Shown one piece after another: positions 1 to 12,595 of a stretch of 64,000 bases of DNA (within the stretch, counting starts at the first letter, position 1; the number at the start of each line of letters is the position of its first letter). The DNA is from Utricularia gibba. Taxonomy: Eukaryota > Plantae > Magnoliophyta. The stretch spans positions 1,364,001-1,428,000 of the forward strand of contig CM007991.1 in the NCBI GenBank assembly GCA_002189035.1. The letters are read 5' to 3'. The position numbers and the translations under genes were made by a program. The notes below the pieces were generated by a model, which was given only the letters and a program-made list of their open reading frames with translations, had not been told where the DNA came from and did no database searches.

Positions 1-332
1 CAAGCTCCATTGAATCAATGCACCGTTTTGTTGGTGCAACTATGCCCCTACTGATAATCAATATACTATGTTTATCGAATTTAACAGAATAAAAATATTA
101 TTTCACCCTATTCCAACAGATCACAGCTTGCTCCACATTTATTGCCACCACCACCCCTCCATGTGAGAGGCTATACATGAAGCTGCGTTTCGCCTTTCCT
201 TTCCACACACCACCGAATTTAGTCTTCTCTCCAAAATGGTCACTGCACTTCACTTTTCATAGGGCTGTTTATTTTTTAAGAAAAAGGACTCCTTTTTGAA
301 CTTGGGGCTTGGAAAGGTCGCAATTTGGGAGC

Positions 333-2721
333 ATGGGTTTTGCGCCGTGGAGACTCGGGTGCGCTTGGATTTTCGTGTTTCTTGGCTTCTGTTCGTCTTC
401 TGAGCAAGGTAACTCTTTCTTTCTGGTGTAATGCGGTACTGGTTACCCTTTTATCAGAAAACAATGAGTTTATCTGAACAATTGCAGTCGAGATGTCTGG
501 GTAAGGGGAGTCATATGATCATTTCAAACAGACATTTTGTCGAACACGTTTTGTCGCATACCATTCATCTTTGCATATTTCGTCTTCCAAAAAAAAAATA
601 ATTAATTGTACAAAAAAACGTTAGGGTTTGAAATGTCGATCACTGATTGGGTGAATTTTGCTTGTCTGAGAAAGCGTGTGATTACCGGCGGTTACGTGTC
701 GGTTGACGTTTCCGGCCTGAGAAAGTGGGGTTTGTGTAGGCGTTTAGTTTTAAAATTTGTATTTTTTTATAAAATATTAATATTTATAAGAAGGGAATAT
801 TTTATTTTATTCATCACCAGCGACCAATTTCAAATTCGTTCGGGAAGCCACGTCAGCTCCACGGGTATCATACTACGACTACATCATAGTGGGCGGCGGA
901 ACCGCCGGCTGCCCACTCGCCGCGACGCTATCGCAACGCGCCAGCGTCCTTCTACTCGAGCGTGGTGGTTCTCCCTACGGCAATCCGAATATCACGGATC
1001 TCGCCGCCTTCGGACAAGCGCTTTCCGATCTCTCCGCCTCGTCGCCGTCACAGCAATTTGTGTCTGAAGACGGCGTGATCAACGCACGGGCGAGAGTGCT
1101 CGGCGGCGGAAGTAGTATTAACGCCGGGTTCTACTCACGCGCTGATCCGGAATTTATCGACACCGTGGGATGGGATAAAGAAAGCGTCAGGGAGTCTTAC
1201 GAGTGGGTGGAAAAGATGGTGGCGTTTAAACCGGAGGTGAAACAATGGCAATCTGCGGTGAGAGATGGACTGCTGGAGATCGGGATTGGGCCGTACAACG
1301 GCTTTACATACGATCATGTCACCGGAACCAAGATCGGGGGCACGATCTTCGACATTGATGGACACCGCCACACGGCGGCGGATCTATTGAAATACGCCAA
1401 TCCCAAGAGGCTGCGTGTCTTGTTGCAAGCTTCTGTTCATAAAATTCTCTTCATCCAAAAAGGTATGCTTGTCAATACAACAGGGTGACCAATTTGAACT
1501 GAGAAATTGACCAGCGAGCTTCAATCTCATTCCCCACACAGGGAGAACCAGACCCAAGGCTTATGGAGTTGCATTCAGAGATGCCAGGGGAAAGATGCAC
1601 AAGGCTTACTTAAAACCGTATGGTAATTCTAATCTTCCTTATTGAAGTGAAACTCGTTGAATTCAGTAGTTGCAGAGTAAGTTTCAATGTCGTTTTTCTG
1701 CTAAGTTCATTTATAATCTGGATGTGTAACAGATAAAAACGAAGTGATATTGTCTGCCGGAGCTCTTGGGAGCCCACAGCTTCTGATGCTGAGTGGAATA
1801 GGCCCCTGGAGCCATCTTCAAGCACTGAACATAAGCTTGGTATTGAACCAGCCATTGTTGGGGCAGGGCATGTCTGATAACCCCATGAATGCAATCTTCG
1901 TCCCATCTCCGGCATCCGTGGAGTTGTCGCTGATCACGGTAGTCGGAATCACCTCATTCGGAAGCTACATAGAAGCGGCGTCCGGAGAAAATTTCTCCGG
2001 TGGGCAGGAGAGTCAAGCTGCCATAAAGGGGGGCTTCATCTTGGAGAAGATCAAGGGTCCACTCTCTAGGGGACCCCTACTGTTGAAGAGCAAGAATCCC
2101 AACGACAATCCATCTGTCAGATTCAACTATTTCAGAGAGCCAGAGGATCTAAAGAGATGCGTTGATGGGCTGAAAGTGATCGAATCCGTGATCGTGTCAA
2201 AGGCGTTTACAAAATACAGATACGACTCACTTTCCCTGAAGATGCTCCTGAACCTCACTGCGAAAGCGCCATTGAATTTGCTACCTAAGCATGCCACTGT
2301 GGCCACATCATTGGAGCAATACTGCAAGGATACAGTGATGACTATATGGCATTACCACGGAGGCTGTGAAGTGGGGAAGGTGGTTGATTCCGAGTACAGA
2401 GTTGCTGGTGTGGATGCACTCCGCGTCGTCGACGGATCGACGTTTAGCGACTCCCCCGGAACAAATCCTCAGGCCACCGTCATGATGTTCGGAAGGTACT
2501 GTTGGAATTCAAGATTCCCAGAAACCACTTCACAAATTTCGTACTGTATTACGCATCACGAAAAGGGATTCAACAGAATGATTTCAAAACAACGCATCAG
2601 CTGCTCTGAATCACTTTACTGAACTCCAACCAGACACTCACGCCTTTGTGTGGAAATTTGCAGGTACATGGGATTGAAAATTCTTCAGCAGAGGCTTCAG
2701 AGCTCGGAGCAGAAAGGGTGA
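333..2721 (+). CDS. HOTHEAD-like GMC (glucose-methanol-choline) oxidoreductase, secreted, 5 exons
   Basis: Exons 333-408 (signal peptide MGFAPWRLGCAWIFVFLGFCSSSEQ), 821-1462, 1542-1622, 1733-2495, 2664-2721, all GT-AG and in frame. FAD motif YDYIIVGGGTAGCPLA; active-site region TIWHYHGGC and PGTNPQAT. Confidence 0.93.
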
Positions 2722-2844
2722 TGACTCGTTCATATTCAGTACAATCTCTAAACTCAATAATCCAATCACCTGTGACCGTACAATTACAACCAAAAAAATG
2801 TCTCTCCATACAGAAGATGATTATTACAAGAGTCGCAACTAGTG

Positions 2845-3385
2845 GTCGGCCAACGGGTCAATTCGGATTGACCCATGATGATTGATGGGTTGACCCGTGT
2901 TACCCATGGATCTGAATGGATCAACCTAATTTTTTTAAATTTTTTTAATAATACATAGATAAGTTAATTTGTTTTTAAATAATATGTCAATCCGATGGAA
3001 TTATTAAAATAAACAATTTCATATTATAGTATTAAAATAAAATATTTAAATATATAATAAATTATAAATAAATAATCATCAATTAAATATAATTTTTTCT
3101 AATATGATTTAAATTTTTTATATACTTAAATTTAATATGTACTCATTCAATGTATCGAATTTTTAATTTTAATATAAATTAAACTCATACCCATTTAACA
3201 CGGGTATGGGCCAACCCGTAGTCAAATCGCAACCTTGTATGCCCACATTACAATTGTCAGTTTATTTCACACGTGATCTTCTCGACTTAAGAAACACGTG
3301 CGGGTTGCGGGTCGAATCCCTAGCTGAACCGGCAATAACCCATACACGGATTGGATCCACGCATTATTTATTGCAATAACCCGCT
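2845..3385. mobile_element. Possible degenerate non-autonomous DNA element (GGGTT/AACCC-rich ends, AT-rich core)
   Basis: GC-rich ends with repeated GGGTTGACCCG/AACCCG words flank a very AT-rich core (about 2930-3180). No clean TIR or TSD resolved. Confidence 0.25.
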
Positions 3386-5048
3386 CAATAAATATGAGGG
3401 TATTTTTCTTTTTCTTTTTTTATATGAAAAGAAAAATCAATTGCTGAATCCCATCAGTATTGAGGCAACCCGGCCCATAACCCGCCACTACACCTTACGG
3501 AATGTGGGCCTGACGGCCCCATGAAACACTCAGGCCCGCGAACCTGGACCCATGCCCATCCCGGATCTCAAATTATATCTAATTACAATTCTGTCTCGTC
3601 GCGAAAATACGTGGAAAGGGACTACTGACCAAACACTCTTTCTTAATTCATATTCCCTGATTTTAAAATAAGGAAATTTCAACCTTATCAGCGTGCCCAT
3701 GTGACAACAACCAATCAGAAAATGGCTGAAATTACACCCCCAAAAAAGAAAAAATGGACTATTTTATTAAGTAATCTGCCCATGAAATGGGGGCAATTAG
3801 ATTATATGTGTTTAATAGACGTATTATTCAATATATATGTAATATTTAAAACACATGCATTGTCTATGTTTTCTAAAATTCTTATTTTGGGTGTGTTTTT
3901 TTAATCGAGTTTCTTTTTTCATTTATTTTAAAGATATCCACAAAACTCAATATTATTTCAAATATATATATTTATTATATTATTAATTAAATCAGGGTTT
4001 TATCGATTTTTTTATTCTTCTTTAAATTTTATAACATTTAAATATTTTTGAATAATAGGTGTTTTAAAATATATTCCACTGAGGAATTGGAAGCCAGCGA
4101 GGCGAAATAAATGCAATATGCAATAAATTATTGCTTAGTGTAAAAGAAAAGTAGCAATAAATGGAGGCCCCTAAGTTTTGCTGAATAGACTTTTTGACCC
4201 CTACTTTAGTATCATATTATTCTCAACTCCTCGCAGTATCCAGGCTGTCACCGTTCTTAAAAAATTGTGGTGGTTGTCCGTCCCTCCAAGCCGCCGCCGC
4301 CCCCAATCATAACGTAAACCTTTATTACATGACGACCCCAGGAAAGTTCAGGAATTACAACCCTTCCCCGTCCGTACAACCCTAAACCCCCCTCTCCCTA
4401 TCCATCCATCCCCATATCTTTGTCAAAAAGAGGGAAATCATGAACGATCCCTGTCCGTACAGTTTACCACCTATCTCGGGACACACCCTTCCAGGTGAGT
4501 ATCTTTTCGTCTGCGACAGAAAACACCCATTTTTCATCACTTTACACAATGTGGGGTGATTTCCGAATGACTGAATCTTACACTTTGACTCCAAATTCGA
4601 ATCGGGGTGTCGCAAAAACTCTGATCTGGGTTGCGTTCAAGGCGAATGGGGGCTCAGATTCTGGGTATATTCCTTGAAGTAAAGCAGCATCAAGTTGGGA
4701 ATCCTGTTCCAGGATGGCCGAATGAAATTTCGGATTTGTTGGGAGGTGGTCCTCTTGAGTCTCTGAGCGCATTCACAAGTTGCTTTAATTGGAATAAGAA
4801 ATTGACTGATCAGCAAATAAATAAATACAAAATAGGGTTGTGAATTGACTTCCAAAGCCCACCACTAGATTGGCTGCTGCAGACTCCAATGCGCTTCCTC
4901 CCTTCCTACAAGTCTACTTTCAGCTTCCTTTCTTCTCTTTGTTTTACCAGAAGAAGCAAGAGAATAATGAGCTTTGGATTCTTTCTGTAACCCTTGTTAT
5001 TCCTGTAGTCTTCTAGGGTTTTCATTCACAAGTCTTCAGATCTAAGAA

Positions 5049-7105
5049 ATGGTGAGAGGGAAGACTCAGATCAAGAGAATAGAGAACGCTACAAGTAGAC
5101 AAGTGACTTTCTCAAAGAGAAGGGCTGGGCTGTTGAAGAAAGCTCATGAGCTTTCTGTGTTGTGTGATGCTGAAGTTGCTCTGATTGTCTTCTCTTCCAA
5201 GGGAAGGCTCTGTGAGTTTAGTAGTTCCAGGTACATTTCCATTGAAGCTCACGGAGGCTTTTGATTTTCTTTTCTTGTGTGTTTACTCGTTGCTTTGCTG
5301 TACATTTTTTAATAAAATATTTGTACGAAATCTTGGGTTTTGTTCCCTGTGATTATCATCACAGTAGAAAAGTTGCTAGAATCTGGATATTTACTGTAGT
5401 TCTGTCCCAGTATGGGTATTTGTTTATTCATTTTCACCACTGATGTGTTTTTTGAACTTGGGATTTGGGATTCTGTGGTCAAATTTGGGGTGTTGAAATT
5501 GGGAATATTGTTCTGATAAAAAAATGAAATTCGTAAATGATCTTGTGTTGGAATTCATGGAGCATTAGGGCTCAAAATTAAGGTATGTGAGAATTCACAT
5601 ATGGGAACATTGATAAAATGATCATGAACACCATGTGTGTATTGATTGCAGTGTGATAGATAGCACCATTGAGAGATATTTGAAGGCGAAGAATCCAGAA
5701 GTATCCAAGAGCATAGTCGATGAAAGCAAGATGCAGGTTAGAGATACTCTTTATGTTTGATTCATCTTCCTATTTAGAATAGTTTTTGAACCATTAAACA
5801 ATGGTCGATTGAGTAGTTTCTAGTTAGAACATTGGCAGTATACATTTCTTATTAGTAACAGCCACATTGCAGTATGGTTATTACTCTTGAGAACCTATGG
5901 ATAACTTCGATGTTGTAGCTTCAATGTGCTACGAGCTTGTGCTTGGACAAAAGTATTTTGATTGTGTAGTTAATCATTTCTTTTTGCTTGTAGGAGGAAC
6001 TTATAATGAACACATCGATTTCTGCTTTGCTGCTGGATTGCTTTTAGGGATTTCTTCTAATAAATTCTACCTATAACTAAGCTTCTGCACTATTCTTTTT
6101 CTAAAAATTCTACTGAAACATGTAGAACGGATTGCTCTGTACAATTTGATGTCTATTACTGAGCTTGTGCCTTAAGTTCATGTGCATTTCTTTGTAAAGG
6201 AGTAGTGAAAATTTGATAAATTGGATCTGCCAAGTCACATGAGGGGGAACCATATATGATGGAGAAGATGTTCATTGCTCTGGGAACCCTAGTTTGCTAG
6301 CTCCTATATTTTCATTCATGTTTATGCTATAAGCTCTTAGCTTTTGCTGCAGGGATCGGATGGCAACCCAGTCGACTTGAACAATAGGATTGCATTCCTT
6401 GATGATTCTAAGAGGTAATAAATGATCACAAATCTGAATTAATGCATGTACATATTACTGATAGATTTATGATGCAGAAAGCTGATGGGAGAAAACTTAG
6501 AGTCTTGTTCTGTTGAAGAGTTGGAAGCCTTGGAACTGCAGTTGGAGCAAAGCTTAAGCAAATTCAAGTGCAGAAAGGTAAACACTACAACTTCAAGGAG
6601 ATCACTCAAAATTCATCTTTCCACATGAAAATTCTCCCATTTAGATCTTTTCTCTTCTCAGGGGGTACTTCGTAAGGAGGAGATTGAACGGCTTAAAGAA
6701 AAGGTGGGTTGTGTATTGTTGGAGCTACTTCAACATATACCACAGTGCTTCTTCTTTCATATCGTTTTAAAAGTCAGTTCCATCCACAAGCCAGTTTCTC
6801 CAGATCCCTGAACAGAATCTTATAAGATGTTTTGCAAATGGGTTTGACATGTTGTTTTCCTGACAGGAAAAGAACCTGTCTAAAGAGAACACTGAGTTAA
6901 AGAAAAGGGTAGGTGATCTGCGCCTTTCCAATGTGAGTGATCATAGGCAGTTAACAAGTTTCATTTTGATGTGTACCGTTTCCTGTAGTATTCAATGCTT
7001 CCATCGCCATCTCCAATAAAACGACCTTCGGCTGCCATCCGAGATGTGGATGTCGAAACGGCATTGGTTATCGGACTACCGGACTCCCGCATAGGCAGAA
7101 ACTAA
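5049..7105 (+). CDS. SOC1-like: MIKC MADS-box transcription factor, SOC1/TM3 clade, 7 exons
   Basis: Exons 5049-5230, 5652-5736, 6353-6414, 6478-6577, 6662-6703, 6867-6908, 6989-7105, with canonical MIKC sizes 182/62/100/42/42. MADS box [21 protein letters not shown]; C-terminal SOC1 motif DVETALVIG. Confidence 0.93.
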
Positions 7106-7543
7106 CAAGAGCGAAGCTGAATAGAATGAGGAGATGGTGATTGGTTTGGGAAAGGGTTGATCTTCTTCCACAAGAGTGAAATAAGATTGTACAGTTGCTT
7201 TTTATTCTTTATGTCATTGTTGGATACCGTAGACAGAAAGCTCTCCAAGGAATAATGACTGTCTGAATGCCAAGTTGTAATAGGAATCGGGACACTTTTG
7301 CTTCATCTACACAACATTTGGAATCTTCATATCATGGTTTGATTTCATGTCTGAAATTAAGAAGTTAAGTTCCTTACAAGGATAATCTCATGGTATTGAA
7401 AAGACAAATAAAGAAGCAGCAACAAATGAAGTTTTTTGTAATCATACATCCGTATATGAGATCAATAGCTCTGATCTCATTCATCACTCAAAGTAAAGAA
7501 AGCATTTTTTTTTTAGCCAAGAAATCAATGGGGGGATGATCAA

Positions 7544-9218
7544 TCAAAGTATCTGACTTCTTCCCAGTGATCAAGATGCAGTTTCATTTTCTCTGTACAA
7601 CATTCATACAAAACAAAACATGAACAATCATGTATGAATCGGTAGTGGTATTCCAAAATTACCAGCAATTCCACCTCCTGATGCAGGGAGTCCATAAAGT
7701 TGGGGATACCAAGAAATTGCTTTTACAGCAGCTTTGCGTTCACAGTATTCTAGAATGGGTTGAGTGGAATGTAGATTCCACACAACCCCTAGATAAAAAA
7801 GAGTTTCCTAAGGTTATAAAATATTAGAGCAGTTACATATTGGAGCACCGTGTATCAAGGAGGCTGGCAACACACTCTGTGGTCATTTCCGCCAGATGCT
7901 AATCCTCCATTATAACAAGACCACTTCAATCTCCAGACCTGGACCAGAGAAGAGAGCGGAATAAATGGTAAGTGACCAAAGCATTTGAACTTCACGTCTT
8001 GGATTGCTGTACCTCTGATTTAAGTCCATTTAATTTGCTAATGATGTCTTGACTAACACTTACATCATGTTGAAGAATAGTTTTGTCATCGCTTCCTAAG
8101 GGCTGCAGCTATGAACTCCATGCAAGGGTACCAATCCGTAAATGATGCCCTTCCAGAATTCTAATTCTCTTGCAAAGAGATGCATCCCATAACTCCAAAA
8201 AAAAAAAAAAAAAGACACCTAACGTGTTTACATCCATGGATGGCTCTGGAATTTTCATGGCTGAAGTCTTAACATATTAGCGGAGCATGAAAAGTAGGTT
8301 TTGTTTTGATGGACTAAAAATGCTCTTCAATACAACTTCATGGACTAAAAATGGCCAGCGCAGAAACATGCTTCACATCATACATGTAGTTTTCCATTAC
8401 TGGAGCCAACAGCAAGATGTGTATCACGCTGAGACCCAGCCCACTGAGCAGACTCAATCATCAGCTCCAAAATCACACAGCTTTACAACCTTCAGGCACG
8501 CATACCACATGTCGAGTTTGAACCGAGAACACGCAGTCAAAACGAGAACAAAAAAGCGCACTGCGAGCACATTATGTGATGACCAATCCACTAGGTTGGG
8601 ATAACAGTCATCTTGCAAAGCCGGTGCATCCAAAATATGGCCAATTTTACCAAATAGTTTAAAATGGGTAAAAATGCTCTCAAACTCAACAAAACATCGA
8701 GTTGGCATGCAGCAACAAAACAGGATAAGACGGTAAAAACAGCCAGAAATCTCAATAAATTTTTTTCAGACATACATAGTGAATTCCACCAACCTTGGAA
8801 CTTTTCTTGGAGCGTAGCAGCAACATGGGACATATGAATCTAATCATCAAAAGCAAAGGGTGCTAAAGACGGCAAAGACGTCCGCTTTTCATTCTTGAAC
8901 CTGAAAATGCTGCAGTTTGGTGGATTTTCACCGTGTATTTCTGGCTCCCAAATTGCCATCACTCGCTTTTGTAGCAAATCTTCCACCGGAAACAGGATTA
9001 TCCGGAGCCATCGGTTGAAACCTATTACCCCAGTCATACATTCAGGCCCAAAAAATGCAGACTTCAACAGATTATAACCGGAATACGCATCGAACTGACG
9101 TCTGGATTAGGGATAGTGAAGCGGGCAAATTTGGAAGAGGCACGGCTTGATCACCGTAGATAACCCCAGCGACGGTACCCCGCAACACCCACTGCTCTCT
9201 TGTACTGGGTTCCTCCAT
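7544..9218 (-). pseudogene. CCS52A: CCS52A/FIZZY-RELATED (Cdh1-type APC/C activator) pseudogene
   Basis: Recognisable segments ILDAPALQDDCYPNLVDWSSHNVLAV, KLCDFGADD*VCSVGW, LWDASLCKRIRILEGHHLRIGTLAWSS*, LKWSCYNGGLASGGND, WNLHSTQPILEYCERKAAVKAISW, terminal SLGRSQIL*. In-frame stops at 8454-8456, 8109-8111, 8840-8842, plus several frameshifts. Confidence 0.88.
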
Positions 9219-9859
9219 TTGAGTACCCCGCAAAACCCAGTGAGCTTTAATTGACGGCACCAGAGAACAAAAGAACCTCCAGATTTCCCCGGAAATCTAA
9301 CGGAACAAAGAGGCTGTGCATGGGTTCAAGATCAAGATCCGAAGAACGCCCTGAAATTAGTATATAAATTAACTTGTGTGTTATCGGATTTCGTAATTTA
9401 GGGTTCAGCATCGATTACCAAAACCCTAATACCGTGGGATTAACATTTTTTGGACGACCGATTGCTTCTAGAAATTTCGCGAATCTTGAATATTCTGATG
9501 TATCAGTGCATTACACGTGAATATTAAATAATTCAACTGTTATTAAAAAATCGAAAATAGTATTTATTTTTTAAAACATTTTTAAGAAAGTGCCCGGTGG
9601 TTTCAGAGTTGAATTTTCTTAAAGGGACCAACTAAAAGTCAACGCTCTAATTCACCCTTTCTTCATCTCCTTCCCCTGCATTTTCAACTGGTGCGCATCC
9701 AGTTTTTTGGTTCCCTGTGATCAAGTTTCTCTCTTTGTCCCAGTTCTGATCATTGCCCTCAGCTTTGTAATGACAGAGCAAGGCCTTATAGTCTCACAAA
9801 AGCTTCCGTGTGTTGTTTTGGTGCAGAAATCCCCGATCCAGGTAGGCATGGCAAGGAGG

Positions 9860-11170
9860 ATGATGAATCTTGTTTCAAAGAGGCAAAATCCTGATGGTAT
9901 GGAGGATCAAGATGCCATCACTCCAGAAACAAAACGCCATAAGGTCCTTGTTCTTAACAGGAAACTCCCAGTACCATTTTGACTTTCTTGACGGATAGTG
10001 TTTTTCACTCTGTCAGCTCTGATAATCCTGGAAATTATGTTGATTTGTTTTGTTTCTGGTACGAACTGATGATGTATTTTGGGGATGAATCCGGCAGATT
10101 AACGAGGTGAGGAAGCAAATCGGGAGTCAGCCTGAGAAGCTGTCAGATTATTGTTCTGATGCTTCGATTTCCAGATACCTGAAGGCAAGAAGCTGGAACG
10201 TTGAGAAGGCAGTTAAAATGCTGAAAGCTACTTTGAAATGGAGGCTGGAGTACAAGCCGGATGAAATCGTTTGGGTAACTGCTACAAATTTGAATGAACT
10301 CGATATATAGATATACCTGCTAGATCCTCTTTAGTACTCACGTAGAATGCATCGTATATCTCCCGCCTTCTGCAACATTTGATGATGATTCTTTGTTCTT
10401 GGCGTAGGAAGATATTGCACAGGAAGCAGAAACTGGAAAGACTTACCTTTCGAGTTTCAAAGACAAGCATGGGAGGTCTGTTCTTGTCATGAGGCCCGGG
10501 TGCCAGGTCAGTCACTCGCACACCATGCTCTCAAATTTAGTGTTCCCAAAAGTTTAGGCATTTAATCCGATATGGGTGCTTCCGATTCGATCGGAACTTC
10601 ATAGGAGGGTATGATCTGAACTCTGAAGACAATGTTTTTTGCTCTGCAGAACACAAAATCAGTAAAAGGGCAAGTGGAATTCCTTGTCTATTCCATGGAG
10701 ATCGCAACTCTCGACCTTAGAAGCAGTGGGGGCGAGCAAGAGCAGGTGGTATGGTTGATCGACTTCCACGGCTTTGGTTTGTCCAACGTATCGCTGGGTG
10801 CAGCTCGAGAGACCGCTCATGTTCTCCAAGAGCACTACCCAGAGAGGCTCGGCGTTGCAATTCTGTACAATCCACCCAAGATATTTGAGCCATTTTGGAA
10901 GGTCCGGCATCACCTTTAAACAGCACTCTACAATGCTTCGTGCGCTAACACTTTCATGTGTGTTTGTGATAGCTTGCGAGGCCATTTCTGGACCCCAAGA
11001 CAGCTGAGAAAGTGAAGTTTGTGTACCCGGATGATCCTAACACGAGCCAGATCATGACCGAACTCTTCGAAACAGATGAACTGGAGAGCGCTTTCGGAGG
11101 CAAAAACACCATTGGCTTCGATCTGGACAAGTATGCGAAGAGGATGCGGGAGTTTGATCGTAGCAGATGA
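9860..11170 (+). CDS. SEC14/CRAL-TRIO lipid-transfer protein (random slug protein 5-like), 5 exons
   Basis: Exons about 9860-9943, 10098-10274, 10408-10506, 10650-10901, 10973-11170. Motifs RYLKARSWNVEKAVKML, WLIDFHGF, LQEHYPERLG, PFLDPKT. An in-frame ATG at 9848 is an alternative start. Confidence 0.88.
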
Positions 11171-12595
11171 AGAGACTGTTGCTCTATCTTTTTAGCAGGG
11201 GATTTGACTTCTTGTATTTGATAACACATCCAAGAGGCACCCTTCTTACTCCTTTTTTTCATACACCATCTTCAAATTTGAAAATTTAGAGAGAAGTTGT
11301 TAATGTTAAAATTAAGAATACGATAAAATAAAATGAACATACATAAAATTTAAGTACATAAAAAATATAAATTCAATCGATTAATAATAATTTATATCTT
11401 TTTATATACATAATTATTTATTTTTTAAAATTTTAATGTAAAATTATTTGTTCTAATAATGCTTTCATATGCTCTAACTGACTTCCTCTTCTCTGCACCA
11501 TTCCCGCCAAATTTCCCAACATCGAAGGTGTGTTAAATGAAGATAACGAGGTTTCTTCCTTCATGGAAAGAAGAGGATACTACCTATTTGTGATGTCATC
11601 ACCTCACCCTACCTTTTCAAACCCGGTTCAAAATCGGACCGATTTGGTCCTAATTCGGTTCAGAAACAAAATATATAATAAATTAAATACTTCGTAATGG
11701 GGTGCCCAGAAAAAAAATATATAATTAAAATATGGGCACTTAAAAAAATGGGGCGGCGGCATTTTTTTTCTCTTTCCTTGTTTGGACAACTGGACTCAAT
11801 AATTTAATTAACGGCGCTGTCCGATTCCAGCGAGGTAATTCTATTAACTAATTTCATTCTAAAATAAGCTCCAATCAAAATTCCCCACGTGTTCATAGAC
11901 TTTACCTTTTAAATCCGGGAAAATAATATTATAGTTACTAGTGCATTTTTAAAAAAATGATGGGCATGGAGTGCATTCCCAACCTAATTCAACTTTTCTT
12001 ACTTTTTTTTTATTTTGTATACATTTTTTTGTTTATTTTCCCTGCCGGACTTGAAAGCTTTTTATCAACCAAAATACATAATTGCAAATAATTAACAATT
12101 AATGCCCTCAAGGAAAATCATTTTTTATTTCTCGTTATTGATAAAAAAAAACGGTATTAGGACAAAAAAGAGTTGGAGGCGCCTAATTACCTTTATTGTG
12201 TTGTTAATTTTTTGTAATGTCGAATCATTTCTCATCATTCACCATTTCGAAAGAACACACGGAAATGAGCGATCTTGATGCCTTTTGGCCTTCGTAATCT
12301 TTTTAATTCTTGTTAAAAGTTTTCTTCTTGTTCATCCGTATGGAACTTTAGTCTCCCCCACATGAACAGTTTCTTGTTTTACTGTTTTCTTGAATGACCC
12401 CAGCTGAAGCTATCTTTGGGTTTGATTGTTTCCTCTGTAGAAAGTAGCACTTGAAATATCGAATCTTGGGAAAAAGGGTAGTTTCTTTATGCTTCTCATT
12501 CTGGTTTTGCGTTGGAGTTTTAATTTTTGGGGATGCGTTTCTGATTGCGTGAAGGAAAACGGGTTTCTTGGTGTAGTTTTTCGTGTGAAGCGAAA

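Noticed and set aside
276-464. 62-aa minus-strand ORF
   Set aside because: Antisense to the first exon of the GMC oxidoreductase.
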